Shown: positions 1 through 7,392 of the stretch, one piece after another
Layout of the letters: each line of letters opens with the position of its first letter
How positions within the stretch are numbered: position 1 is the stretch's first letter
Source: an uncultured Candidatus Saccharibacteria bacterium
GTDB taxonomy: Bacteria; Patescibacteriota; Saccharimonadia; Saccharimonadales; JAGQNJ01
Assembly: GCA_965231045.1 (NCBI GenBank)
Contig: OZ246406.1
Location: 706,208 to 770,207, forward strand
DNA: 64,000 nucleotides
Direction: 5' to 3'
Notes under the pieces: model-generated
What the model was told of the DNA's origin: nothing
The model's database searches: none
Seen by the model: only the letters and a program-made list of their open reading frames with translations
Position numbers and translations under genes: made by a program

Positions 1-1016
1 ATGTGATCTTCGGTTTTTAGTAAGAAACCTTGCTTTTCTAGATCTTCGACTACCTTTTTACGTGCATCTTGAACAGATAAACCACGATAAGCCTCAGGTA
101 CATCATGGGTCATTTTGCCTTCGTGGTTAATTACAGTGATCATCGGTAGATCGTGTCGTTTGGCTACTTCGTAGTCGTTTGGATCATGAGCAGGGGTAAT
201 CTTCACCGCCCCACTACCAAATTCTTTATCAACCATATCGTCAGCCAAGATCGGAATTTCACGGTTTGTCAGAGGTAGTTTGATTGTTTTGCCGTGCATA
301 TTCTTATATCGATCGTCTTTTGGATGAACGGCTACGGCCGTATCGCCAAGCATGGTTTCTGGGCGGGTAGTTGCGACAATAATCTCCCCACTACCATCTG
401 TTAGAGGGTATTTAATATGCCACAAGTTCCCTTTTACTTCCTTGTGCTCAACCTCAATATCGGCAAAGGCTGTTCCGTGAAAAGTACAGAAATTAACTAG
501 GCGCTCACCTCTGTAAATTAGCCCATCATCCCACATCTTTTTGAAGGTCGCAAAGGCTCGATTGACGATCTTGTCGTCGAGAGTAAAAGTAAATCGAGTC
601 CAGTCGCAACTTGCACCCATTCGCCGTAGTTGTTTCTCGAAGTTATCACGGTTTAGAGCTACAAAGTCCCAGACCTGTTGGTAGAGTTCTTCTCTGGTGA
701 AATCAAAACGACTCTTCCCTTCTTTGGCTAGATGTTTTTCGTAGACCACCTGAGTTTCAAATCCGGCATGATCAGCGCCAGGTAACAGTAGCGTTGCCTC
801 ACCTTTCATACGGTGATATCTAACCGGGATATCTTCAAGCGCTGCCGTAAGTTCGTAACCAATATGCAGATTGGCATTAGCGTTTGGAGGCGGCATGACG
901 ATACTATAAGTGTCACTACTACCTCTGTTCTTTGGCTCAAATGCCCCACTTTTCTCCCAGAGAGCGTAGATATCTTCTTCGTATTGTCCAGGCTCATAAA
1001 CCTTCGGTAATCGCAT
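1..1016 (-). CDS. valS: valyl-tRNA synthetase, N-terminal ~338 aa (gene continues beyond window position 1)
   Basis: My own translation of the minus strand from ATG at 1016 gives MRLPKVYEPGQYEEDIYALWEK...PPPNANANLHIGY (HIGH region)...TTRPETMLGDTAVAVHPKDDRY (ValRS-type signature). There is no stop before position 1. It is absent from the ORF track because it is edge-truncated. Confidence 0.93.
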   Translation of the reverse strand, partial: MRLPKVYEPGQYEEDIYALWEKSGAFEPKNRGSSDTYSIVMPPPNANANLHIGYELTAALEDIPVRYHRMKGEATLLLPGADHAGFETQVVYEKHLAKEGKSRFDFTREELYQQVWDFVALNRDNFEKQLRRMGASCDWTRFTFTLDDKIVNRAFATFKKMWDDGLIYRGERLVNFCTFHGTAFADIEVEHKEVKGNLWHIKYPLTDGSGEIIVATTRPETMLGDTAVAVHPKDDRYKNMHGKTIKLPLTNREIPILADDMVDKEFGSGAVKITPAHDPNDYEVAKRHDLPMITVINHEGKMTHDVPEAYRGLSVQDARKKVVEDLEKQGFLLKTEDH

Positions 1017-1041
1017 AGTGAATAGCTTAGCACTTAGGCAT

Positions 1042-1071
1042 AAAAAAATCACCCCTATTAATTCAGGGGTG
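1042..1071 (-). terminator. intrinsic terminator on the minus strand, 26 nt upstream of the valS start
   Basis: Stem CACCCCT (1050-1056) pairs with AGGGGTG (1065-1071) around an 8-nt loop. The A7 run at 1042-1048 on + gives a U-tract directly after the hairpin on the minus strand. Confidence 0.7.
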
Positions 1072-1235
1072 GTTTCACGTGAAAAAGGACAAAACTATAT
1101 CAATAACTCCTCACACAGAGTCCCTCAACAGATCTAAAACTGAAATTTTGTCTCCAAGGTTCGAGCGCTTCTAACGCCATGACACAATGTTTGTTTTCGG
1201 AGTAAGCATAACAGAGACGATAGGCATAAGCAATA

Positions 1236-1264
1236 TTGACAAACAGGGATAAAAATGCTAATAT
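1236..1264 (+). promoter_or_regulatory. near-consensus sigma-70 promoter for ORF 1288
   Basis: TTGACA (1236-1241), 17 nt, TAATAT (1259-1264), preceded by TGc (1256-1258), an extended -10. The -10 lies inside the palindrome CTAATATTAG (1258-1267). Confidence 0.65.
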
Positions 1265-1287
1265 TAGAACGTTAAATAAAAACAAAC

Positions 1288-1815
1288 ATGGTAGATAGCG
1301 ATAACCCAACCCCAGCCCCAGAAGGACATCCTGTTATGGATATTCAGGCTCTTTCACAGCTTGATGCAAAAGAAGTGGCTAACAGACTTGATTTTCAAGC
1401 CTGGGCAGGGGATAACTGGCGTGAAACAGGGGAAATTGTCACAGAAGATGATGATCCGGTTTTGTTTTATCACGGAGGAATATCTGGGATTAGCGAATTT
1501 TCAACTGAGCAAACACCTAATACCGCTCCAGACCAACAGGGTATATACTTTACGAATCGATTACAAGATGCGAACTTCTACGCCGGCAAATTAAAGATTG
1601 ATCAAATTGATAGGGGACTTCCGAAGAGCGCAAGTGTCTACGCAGTAATGCTCAAGATGAAGAACCCATATGTAACTACTAATGGGGATGGTGTTTCCTC
1701 TGAGACAATTAAGGCTGCACCAGAGGGCTATGACGGGATAATAAACACAAAATCTCAAGAAGTTGTAGTTTTTGACCCCAGCCAAGTATTTATTGCCGGC
1801 GAGGCCAAAAGGTAG
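1288..1815 (+). CDS. hypothetical protein, possible ADP-ribosyltransferase-like (H-Y-E type, ART-PolyVal-like) domain
   Basis: ORF track, 175 aa. The motif series VLFYHGG..., GIYFTN..ANFY, SVYAVMLKMKNPY and GYDGIIN..QEVVVFDPSQV resembles, from memory, ART-like domains of phage/ICE polyvalent proteins. No signal peptide or TM segment. The functional call is tentative. Confidence 0.4.
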   Translation: MVDSDNPTPAPEGHPVMDIQALSQLDAKEVANRLDFQAWAGDNWRETGEIVTEDDDPVLFYHGGISGISEFSTEQTPNTAPDQQGIYFTNRLQDANFYAGKLKIDQIDRGLPKSASVYAVMLKMKNPYVTTNGDGVSSETIKAAPEGYDGIINTKSQEVVVFDPSQVFIAGEAKR

Positions 1816-2877
1816 TTACATCGATAGGTTTGGTTCGATGTCCAGAGAGTAGGGATCGGCGGTCGGCTGGTCTTTTTTCATCTTAAAACAGGCTAGTGTG
1901 GCAATCATAGCGCCATTATCGGTGCAAAGTTTAGGGTCGGTGTAGGCAATTTCCAGAGGTAAACGCTCGGATAATTGCTTGCGGAGTTCAGGGCTAGCAG
2001 CTACACCACCAGCGATGACAACGCTTTTGGGCTTAAACTCATCAAATGCTTGAGCCGCTTTATCTACCACGGTTTCTATAGCGATTTTCTGAAAACTTGC
2101 GGCTATATCGGCTTTTTGAGGCTCTGAGAGGCGCTCTGCTATGCCATGAGAAGGGAAGCTGTGATCTTGACCAATTTGCTTCTGCGCCGCGCGCAAGACG
2201 GCTGTTTTGGGCCCAGAAAAGCTAAAATCATACTTACCGGGCACTTTGGCCTTAGGGAAGTCAAAAGCATTGGGGTTGCCATCCATAGCTTTCTTACCAA
2301 CACTTGGTCCGCCAGGGTAGGGTAGGCCAAGTATTTTGGCGACTTTATCAAAGGCTTCACCGATGGCGTCATCTTGGGTTCGACCAAGTAAGGTGTAATC
2401 AAAATGATTTCGGAACAGCACTAGTTGGGAGTGTCCACCAGATACAATCAGTGCCAACATAGGAAATTCTGGCTGGTGAGAGGGGAGGGAATAGTCAGGT
2501 AAATCAGTATCAGTTAAGAAGTTAGCATACACATGCCCCTCGACGTGGTTACACGCATACAGGGGTTTCTTGTGTAAAATTGCCAGAGTTCGGGCGGCTA
2601 AAACACCGATGAGTAAGCAGCCACCGAGGCCGGCGCCGTAAGTAACACCGATGGCGTCAATATCATCCCAAGTGCACTTCGTATCTGTTAGAGCTTGCTT
2701 AATAACAGGCTCGATAGACTCAATGTGGCTACGAGCTGCTATCTCTGGTACAACACCGCCGTATTTGGCATGAATATCCATACTGCTAGCTACCACATTA
2801 CTCAGTAATTTATGGCCATCTTCAACAACTGCAACGGCGGTCTCATCACAACTAGTCTCAATTCCTAAAATTCTCAC
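1816..2877 (-). CDS. tsaD: tRNA N6-adenosine threonylcarbamoyltransferase TsaD (Kae1/Gcp family)
   Basis: ILGIETSCDETAVAVV, NHVEGH and a GVAAS-type C-terminus. The track ORF extends to 2973, but that extension overlaps murE and is not conserved-looking. GTG at 2877 (VRILGIETS) is the likely start. Confidence 0.92.
   Translation of the reverse strand: MRILGIETSCDETAVAVVEDGHKLLSNVVASSMDIHAKYGGVVPEIAARSHIESIEPVIKQALTDTKCTWDDIDAIGVTYGAGLGGCLLIGVLAARTLAILHKKPLYACNHVEGHVYANFLTDTDLPDYSLPSHQPEFPMLALIVSGGHSQLVLFRNHFDYTLLGRTQDDAIGEAFDKVAKILGLPYPGGPSVGKKAMDGNPNAFDFPKAKVPGKYDFSFSGPKTAVLRAAQKQIGQDHSFPSHGIAERLSEPQKADIAASFQKIAIETVVDKAAQAFDEFKPKSVVIAGGVAASPELRKQLSERLPLEIAYTDPKLCTDNGAMIATLACFKMKKDQPTADPYSLDIEPNLSM
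1854..1878 (+). terminator. possible intrinsic terminator for ORF 1288, embedded in the tsaD 3' coding region
   Basis: GATCGGC (1854-1860) pairs with GCTGGTC (1866-1872), including G-U pairs, around a 5-nt loop, followed by T6 (1873-1878). Confidence 0.4.
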
Positions 2878-2886
2878 TCGAATTAC

Positions 2887-2894
2887 AGTATACT
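2887..2894. promoter_or_regulatory. palindromic -10 element AGTATACT shared by divergent tsaD and murE
   Basis: TATACT reads on + (2889-2894), then 7 nt, then the murE ATG at 2902. TATACT reads on - (2892-2887), then 9 nt, then the tsaD GTG at 2877. Confidence 0.45.
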
Positions 2895-2901
2895 TTAATT
2901 C

Positions 2902-4254
2902 ATGGGATTTAGAGGTGTCGTTAAGAAATTTGTTCCAACAAAAACTTTCAAGAAAATTGAACCAACCGGGCATTTAGTCGAGGCGGTTATTACTAATGCC
3001 ATCAGTGGCTTCCCTGTGAAGGGTCTAAAAGTTATTGGTGTAACAGGTACAAATGGTAAGACGACGACTAGTTACATCATCCATCGCATGTTACACGAAG
3101 CCGGTTATAAAGTGGCGCTGATGACGACTGTTTCATACGGGATCGGAAATGATATAAAACCGCAGTTTGAGCATGCTACAACCCCTGGCGGAATGAAGCT
3201 GGTAAACAAGTTCAAGGAGTTTAAGAAGGCTGGTGTAGAGTGGGTAGTGCTGGAAACGACTAGCCACGCGCTGGCACAACACCGGGTTTGGGGTGTGCCG
3301 TACTCGGTTGCTGTATTTACGAATCTAACACACGAACATCTTGATTATCACGGCACTTTTGAACATTATCGAGACGCTAAAAGAATGATGTTTCAGATGT
3401 GTAATGCTAACAAAAAAGGCCTGCAAACAGGGCTGGTTAACGCCGATGATCCAAACGCCAAGTATTTTGTGGCCGATGTCAAAAACCCAATTACTTATGG
3501 CATGAAGGACGGTGATCTTAAAGCGCGAAGTGTGCGTTTAACACCTACGGGCAGCCGTTATATCGTCAAAGCCGGTGATGAAGAATATCACATTCACTGT
3601 CGCTTGCCGGGCAGTTTTAATGTCTACAATTCACTTGCTGCAGTAGGAGTTGGGCGAGCCATAGGATTATCTGTTGAACAGATTCAAAACGGTATTGAAG
3701 CCCTAGAGGGTGTTGAGGGTCGTATGACTCAGATAGATGAAGGGCAAGACTTTGCTGTGATTGTTGATTATGCTCACACACCAGATAGTTTCGAGAAGTT
3801 ATTTAAGGATCTAAAACCAGTGGTTGAGGGCAAATTGATTGTGATGTTTGGTTCAGCCGGACGACGAGATGAAGAAAAGCGTGCCACTCAAGGTGAACTT
3901 GCTGGTAAATACGCTGATGAAGTAATTGTTACAGAGGAAGATGATCGTGATATGGATGGCGAAGCCATCATGGATCAGATAGCGGCTGGCGCCGAAAAAG
4001 CTGGCAAGGTTAGAAATAAAGATCTGTTCTTAGTACATGATAGAAGCGAGGCCATCATGACCGCCGTTAACCGAGCCAAAAAAGGCGACACAGTATTGTT
4101 ACTTGGCAAGGGCCACGAGAAGGATATCTTACGAAATGGGCCAAGGGCAGCTGAACTCCGACATTTACAGCAGGACGATCATAACCCAGATAGGGTGCGT
4201 GAATTCCCATGGGACGAAGTTAGTACGGCTCATCAGGCGCTCAAAAATCGCTAG
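2902..4254 (+). CDS. murE: Mur ligase, MurE-like (UDP-MurNAc-L-Ala-D-Glu:diamino acid ligase)
   Basis: GVTGTNGKTTT P-loop, DYAHTPDS and FGSAGRRDEEKR. The position of the mDAP-specific DNPR motif reads EDDRD, so the amino-acid specificity is unclear. Confidence 0.85.
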   Translation: MGFRGVVKKFVPTKTFKKIEPTGHLVEAVITNAISGFPVKGLKVIGVTGTNGKTTTSYIIHRMLHEAGYKVALMTTVSYGIGNDIKPQFEHATTPGGMKLVNKFKEFKKAGVEWVVLETTSHALAQHRVWGVPYSVAVFTNLTHEHLDYHGTFEHYRDAKRMMFQMCNANKKGLQTGLVNADDPNAKYFVADVKNPITYGMKDGDLKARSVRLTPTGSRYIVKAGDEEYHIHCRLPGSFNVYNSLAAVGVGRAIGLSVEQIQNGIEALEGVEGRMTQIDEGQDFAVIVDYAHTPDSFEKLFKDLKPVVEGKLIVMFGSAGRRDEEKRATQGELAGKYADEVIVTEEDDRDMDGEAIMDQIAAGAEKAGKVRNKDLFLVHDRSEAIMTAVNRAKKGDTVLLLGKGHEKDILRNGPRAAELRHLQQDDHNPDRVREFPWDEVSTAHQALKNR

Positions 4255-4289
4255 GCAAAAAGTAATGACTAATAAACTATAATCAAATC

Positions 4290-5648
4290 ATGGATCCTAT
4301 AGCTGAGCATCATAACCAAGGTCCTGGCGTATCAGAAATACTACGTATTACCATTGGCCAAGAAGCGGATTATTATTTACAGCTTATGCGAGAACTTGAA
4401 CCTGACCGTTTTGCGGTTATTAAGGTTGGGGGTGAAGCAATTGAACAAGAACTAGACTCGTTAACGAGTGATATCGCAGTGCTTGCCAACCTAGGACTGT
4501 ATCCAGTTATCATTCATGGTGGCAACCCACAGATCAATGCCGACTTGCAGGCTAGAGGCATTGAAACCAAAAAGCACAACGGAATACGTATTACAGATGA
4601 AGATACGCTTAGGAGCGTAGAAACTGGGTTAGGCCAAGCAAACCAGGCCTTGGTTGAAGCTTTGGCCGAAAAAGGAGTTCAAGCTACCAGTGTGGTCGGG
4701 GGGGTTTTTTCCGCTGGCTACAAGGATAAAGAAGCATTGGGATTTGTCGGCGAAGTCGAACAGGTCAATACCGAGGCCATTCGACAAGCCATTCGCGAGA
4801 AGAAGATCCCAATTGTAAGTTGTATTGGTCAAGATGAAACTGGTCAACCGCTTAATATTAACGGTGATACTGCCGCCCAAGCCTTAGGTGCAACAATGCA
4901 GCCATCCAAATTTATTATGCTAACCAGCACACCAGGAGTTTTGGGGCGCGATGGGCAATTACTTAACGTTATAAATGATACTCAAGAAGTAAAAAAACTT
5001 ATCGATGATGGCACAATCAGCGAAGGTATGATTCCCAAAGTCGAAGCCGGCATGAAAGTTTTGCATAAATTACCGGCCGAATCATCAGTTGTTATCACTG
5101 ATCCTGCCCAATTAATGAAGGAGTTGTTTACTCATCAAGGTGGCGGGACTTTGCTGCGGCACGGCGATGCCATCACTCACTTGCCTTCAATTAGCGCAGT
5201 TGACCAAGATGCTGTCAGATCGCTGATAGAAACTGCCTTTAACAAACGTTTAGTCGATGACTATTTTGATACATTACCGGAAGATACAGAAGTTTTCATA
5301 ACTGATCGAGGCTATCGTGGCATAGCAATTGTTATCCCGGGCAAGGAAGGGGAGCCGGCCTATCTTGATAAGTTGGTTGTACGCCCAGAAGAAGCGGGAC
5401 ATGGTATAGGTGACGAAATAGTTGATAAAGTTTTGCAAGAACACCCTGAAGGTGTCTTTTGGCGGGTCCGCAAAAACAACAAGAGTTTGCCATGGTATCG
5501 TAGCCGTGGCCGTGGCCAAGAATATGACTGGAGCGATGACGAGTGGATTATTTTCTTCACTAGAGAAGTTAAGCCAGATGATAGAGCACAGTTTGCCGCC
5601 CAAGCTGTATTACGGGCTGAGACAGTTTTGCCTTTTGGGACAAAGTAA
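4290..5648 (+). CDS. amino-acid kinase (acetylglutamate kinase-like) fused to a C-terminal GNAT domain: NAGS/K-like (ArgA/B-type)
   Basis: AVIKVGGEAIE, VIIHGGNPQIN, NINGDTAAQAL and MIPKVEAG place it in the AAK family. The C-terminal ~150 aa carry LVVRPEEAGHGIGDEI, a GNAT motif-A-like sequence. Confidence 0.75.
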   Translation: MDPIAEHHNQGPGVSEILRITIGQEADYYLQLMRELEPDRFAVIKVGGEAIEQELDSLTSDIAVLANLGLYPVIIHGGNPQINADLQARGIETKKHNGIRITDEDTLRSVETGLGQANQALVEALAEKGVQATSVVGGVFSAGYKDKEALGFVGEVEQVNTEAIRQAIREKKIPIVSCIGQDETGQPLNINGDTAAQALGATMQPSKFIMLTSTPGVLGRDGQLLNVINDTQEVKKLIDDGTISEGMIPKVEAGMKVLHKLPAESSVVITDPAQLMKELFTHQGGGTLLRHGDAITHLPSISAVDQDAVRSLIETAFNKRLVDDYFDTLPEDTEVFITDRGYRGIAIVIPGKEGEPAYLDKLVVRPEEAGHGIGDEIVDKVLQEHPEGVFWRVRKNNKSLPWYRSRGRGQEYDWSDDEWIIFFTREVKPDDRAQFAAQAVLRAETVLPFGTK

Positions 5649-5817
5649 TGTGGTTACCTACAAACAAAAACGTTTATGCTTAGAATTTTTGTAGCTTGGC
5701 ATTAGAGTGGAAGCATAAAGAAGTAAAGCTTTCACTGAAAAGATGTGGCCTTGTTGGTATTCCTACAAATAACACTTTTGTTTACCTGGCATAAACCCAT
5801 TTCAGCACTCAAATCAG

Positions 5818-5846
5818 TTGATTATTGTTATGCTTTATTGTATAAT
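5818..5846 (+). promoter_or_regulatory. promoter of leaderless ORF 5854
   Basis: TTGATT (5818-5823), 17 nt, TATAAT (5841-5846). The ATG at 5854 is 7 nt downstream and there is no SD. Confidence 0.6.
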
Positions 5847-5853
5847 ATACACC

Positions 5854-6363
5854 ATGTCGTTAGGAAGTTTTGAGACACGAGTATTAGAGATAGTAAGCCC
5901 TATTGCCGATAAGATGCCGCTATATCATCCTGATGCGGCTGATATCAACGAAGCCTTAGATTATGGGGTTGCTAGTTGTGCGGTGCGGGCTTATGCGGCT
6001 GGTTTACTACTTCGTGATGCCTATCCTAATGAGGGCTTATATACAATTAACTTTGGCTTTTCACCCGAGCATGGTGGTGTTTATAAAGGCAAAAATGGAA
6101 ATTACGTTAGAATGGGTCACGCTGTGACCAGATTTTGGGTTCCTGAACAAAGACCGTTAATTGTTGAGTCCTACAACGACTCAAGAATGGAAGTTACAAC
6201 CGAGGAAGATGCCCATGAAGATTTTCTTTGGCGGGAGCTTGATGAAGGCTATAAGGAATATCTAGAACGAGCTGATCTTGATGATATTCTTGTTGATCCT
6301 CAAGAAGTCCTTTGCTTTCTAAAAGGCGAAGTGTTTCAACCAGAAACTACTGCGACCAACTAA
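5854..6363 (+). CDS. hypothetical protein, possible transglutaminase-like Cys-His-Asp peptidase fold
   Basis: Track ORF 5818-6363. I chose ATG 5854 (MSLGSF) because of the promoter position. The GVASCAVRAYAAGLLLR ... GHAVTRFWVP ... ESYND spacing resembles a transglutaminase-core C/H/D triad. Weak call. Confidence 0.35.
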   Translation: MSLGSFETRVLEIVSPIADKMPLYHPDAADINEALDYGVASCAVRAYAAGLLLRDAYPNEGLYTINFGFSPEHGGVYKGKNGNYVRMGHAVTRFWVPEQRPLIVESYNDSRMEVTTEEDAHEDFLWRELDEGYKEYLERADLDDILVDPQEVLCFLKGEVFQPETTATN

Positions 6364-6399
6364 TCCCTTATGCTTGCACTTTGACGCCATAGCGTTAAA

Positions 6400-7323
6400 G
6401 TGGTGATAATGTTATACGATCCAGGGCTTATTCCCGAGAGACAGCTGTTTGATATGGTTGAATATCATTTTGCCAATGCAGCGTCGTTATTTAGTAGTAT
6501 TGCTCCTAGATCCGAAGAGAACCTCGAGCAAATAATTCTTAAAGATCCAGAAGTCCCAATTGACTATCGAATTAGCCGAGGTGGAAATATGTCTTGGGTG
6601 CTGGAATGTCACCCTGCTTTTGAGGGTTGTGTTGTCCGCATTCCGATTGATGAAGGCGTTACAGTTGGTAGCAAAAAAACCCAGTTCGAAGTAAACCCAA
6701 ATATTACTAAGTTTATCTTTCCTGAAGATACTGTTGAGGCAGGAACGGTTACTGTTAATGAGCTCATAAAAGGTCTTTGGCGGGTGTTCAACGCCAATAG
6801 TGACAATGTCAGCGTTGATTTGGAGGTTTTGACTCCTAAAACTCTGCAGGAACAAGCCTTTGATATCTTTTGGCGGGCTGATGCTTATGACGGGGCGCTA
6901 AAGCATGTCGTTGATTTAGTTGATCAAGACCGGGGAAAATTTGTGAACTATGAAAGTCTTGATGAAGATGACTCCCGGCGCAGTATGTTCACGTCAGGCA
7001 GGATCGCAACCGTTAGATCAAAAGACAAATACTTTGGAAATGGCTTTTACATGGTTTTCGAGGTTGATGATCTAGGTATACCACTAATAGACACAGATAT
7101 TTTGTGCGGTATTATTGGTGGAGATCCAGAGGAATGGACGACAATTGATGGCACGTCGTGGCGTTTGCACGATATAAGTACGATAATTCAAGGTACCGAT
7201 GCCATAGGATTGTTCCCTGACGGCAATGTAGAAAACTTTGATCCTGACTCACTTCAAAAGTTGACCACTATGCTGGCTTATGCCGAACCATACCCAGTTA
7301 GCCTCGAAGATTTTGAGGAATAA
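6400..7323 (+). CDS. hypothetical protein (acidic, cytoplasmic)
   Basis: Long ORF of 307 aa with no recognisable motifs. The start is ambiguous: GTG 6400, ATG 6409 or ATG 6454. Confidence 0.6.
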   Translation: MVIMLYDPGLIPERQLFDMVEYHFANAASLFSSIAPRSEENLEQIILKDPEVPIDYRISRGGNMSWVLECHPAFEGCVVRIPIDEGVTVGSKKTQFEVNPNITKFIFPEDTVEAGTVTVNELIKGLWRVFNANSDNVSVDLEVLTPKTLQEQAFDIFWRADAYDGALKHVVDLVDQDRGKFVNYESLDEDDSRRSMFTSGRIATVRSKDKYFGNGFYMVFEVDDLGIPLIDTDILCGIIGGDPEEWTTIDGTSWRLHDISTIIQGTDAIGLFPDGNVENFDPDSLQKLTTMLAYAEPYPVSLEDFEE

Positions 7324-7325
7324 AT

Positions 7326-7352
7326 TTGGCACTCGGGGCTTGCAAGTGCTAA
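7326..7352. promoter_or_regulatory. CIRCE-like operator (HrcA binding site) upstream of groES
   Basis: TTGGCACTC-N9-AAGTGCTAA against the consensus TTAGCACTC-N9-GAGTGCTAA, one mismatch per arm. It overlaps the -35 of the groES promoter. Confidence 0.75.
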
Positions 7353-7368
7353 TTAACTCTTGTAATAT
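7340..7368 (+). promoter_or_regulatory. groESL promoter
   Basis: TTGCAA (7340-7345), 17 nt, TAATAT (7363-7368). A strong SD, AGAGGAGG, sits 5 nt before the ATG at 7393. Confidence 0.6.
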
Positions 7369-7392
7369 TAAGTCACTAAAGAGGAGGAAATA

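Noticed and set aside
1017-1287. Possible T-box riboswitch leader upstream of valS, suggested by the terminator hairpin close to an aaRS start.
   Set aside because: On the valS (minus) strand I find no T-box consensus (..GGGUGGUACCGCG..), specifier-loop or Stem I features. The GGGGTGGTTTCACGTG string occurs on the opposite strand and in the wrong order relative to the hairpin. A -10 box follows the terminator instead.
1836-1850. tRNA-like T-arm string (GGTTCGATGTCC), plus a general look for tRNA, rRNA, tmRNA, RNase P and SRP genes in all spacers over 70 bp.
   Set aside because: The string lies inside the tsaD coding sequence with no acceptor or anticodon stems around it. None of the spacers (5649-5817, 9324-9429, 21871-21953, 25617-25748, 41849-41978, 45589-45752, 48655-48755, 49023-49206) shows cloverleaf or universal RNA motifs (GAGGAAAGUCC, GGAAG..AGCAG and similar) by eye.
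2878-2973. N-terminal extensions given by the ORF track for tsaD (to 2973), argS (from 15349), PHP (to 14201), CDP-alcohol transferase (to 14796), holA (from 44299), rpsF (from 58465), tlyA (from 61352), crp (to 63450), YjbR (from 21454) and others.
   Set aside because: The extensions overlap neighbouring genes or promoters, have non-conserved-looking sequence, and lack SD or -10 signals. Internal starts coincide with the family N-termini and with SD or leaderless-type -10 elements.
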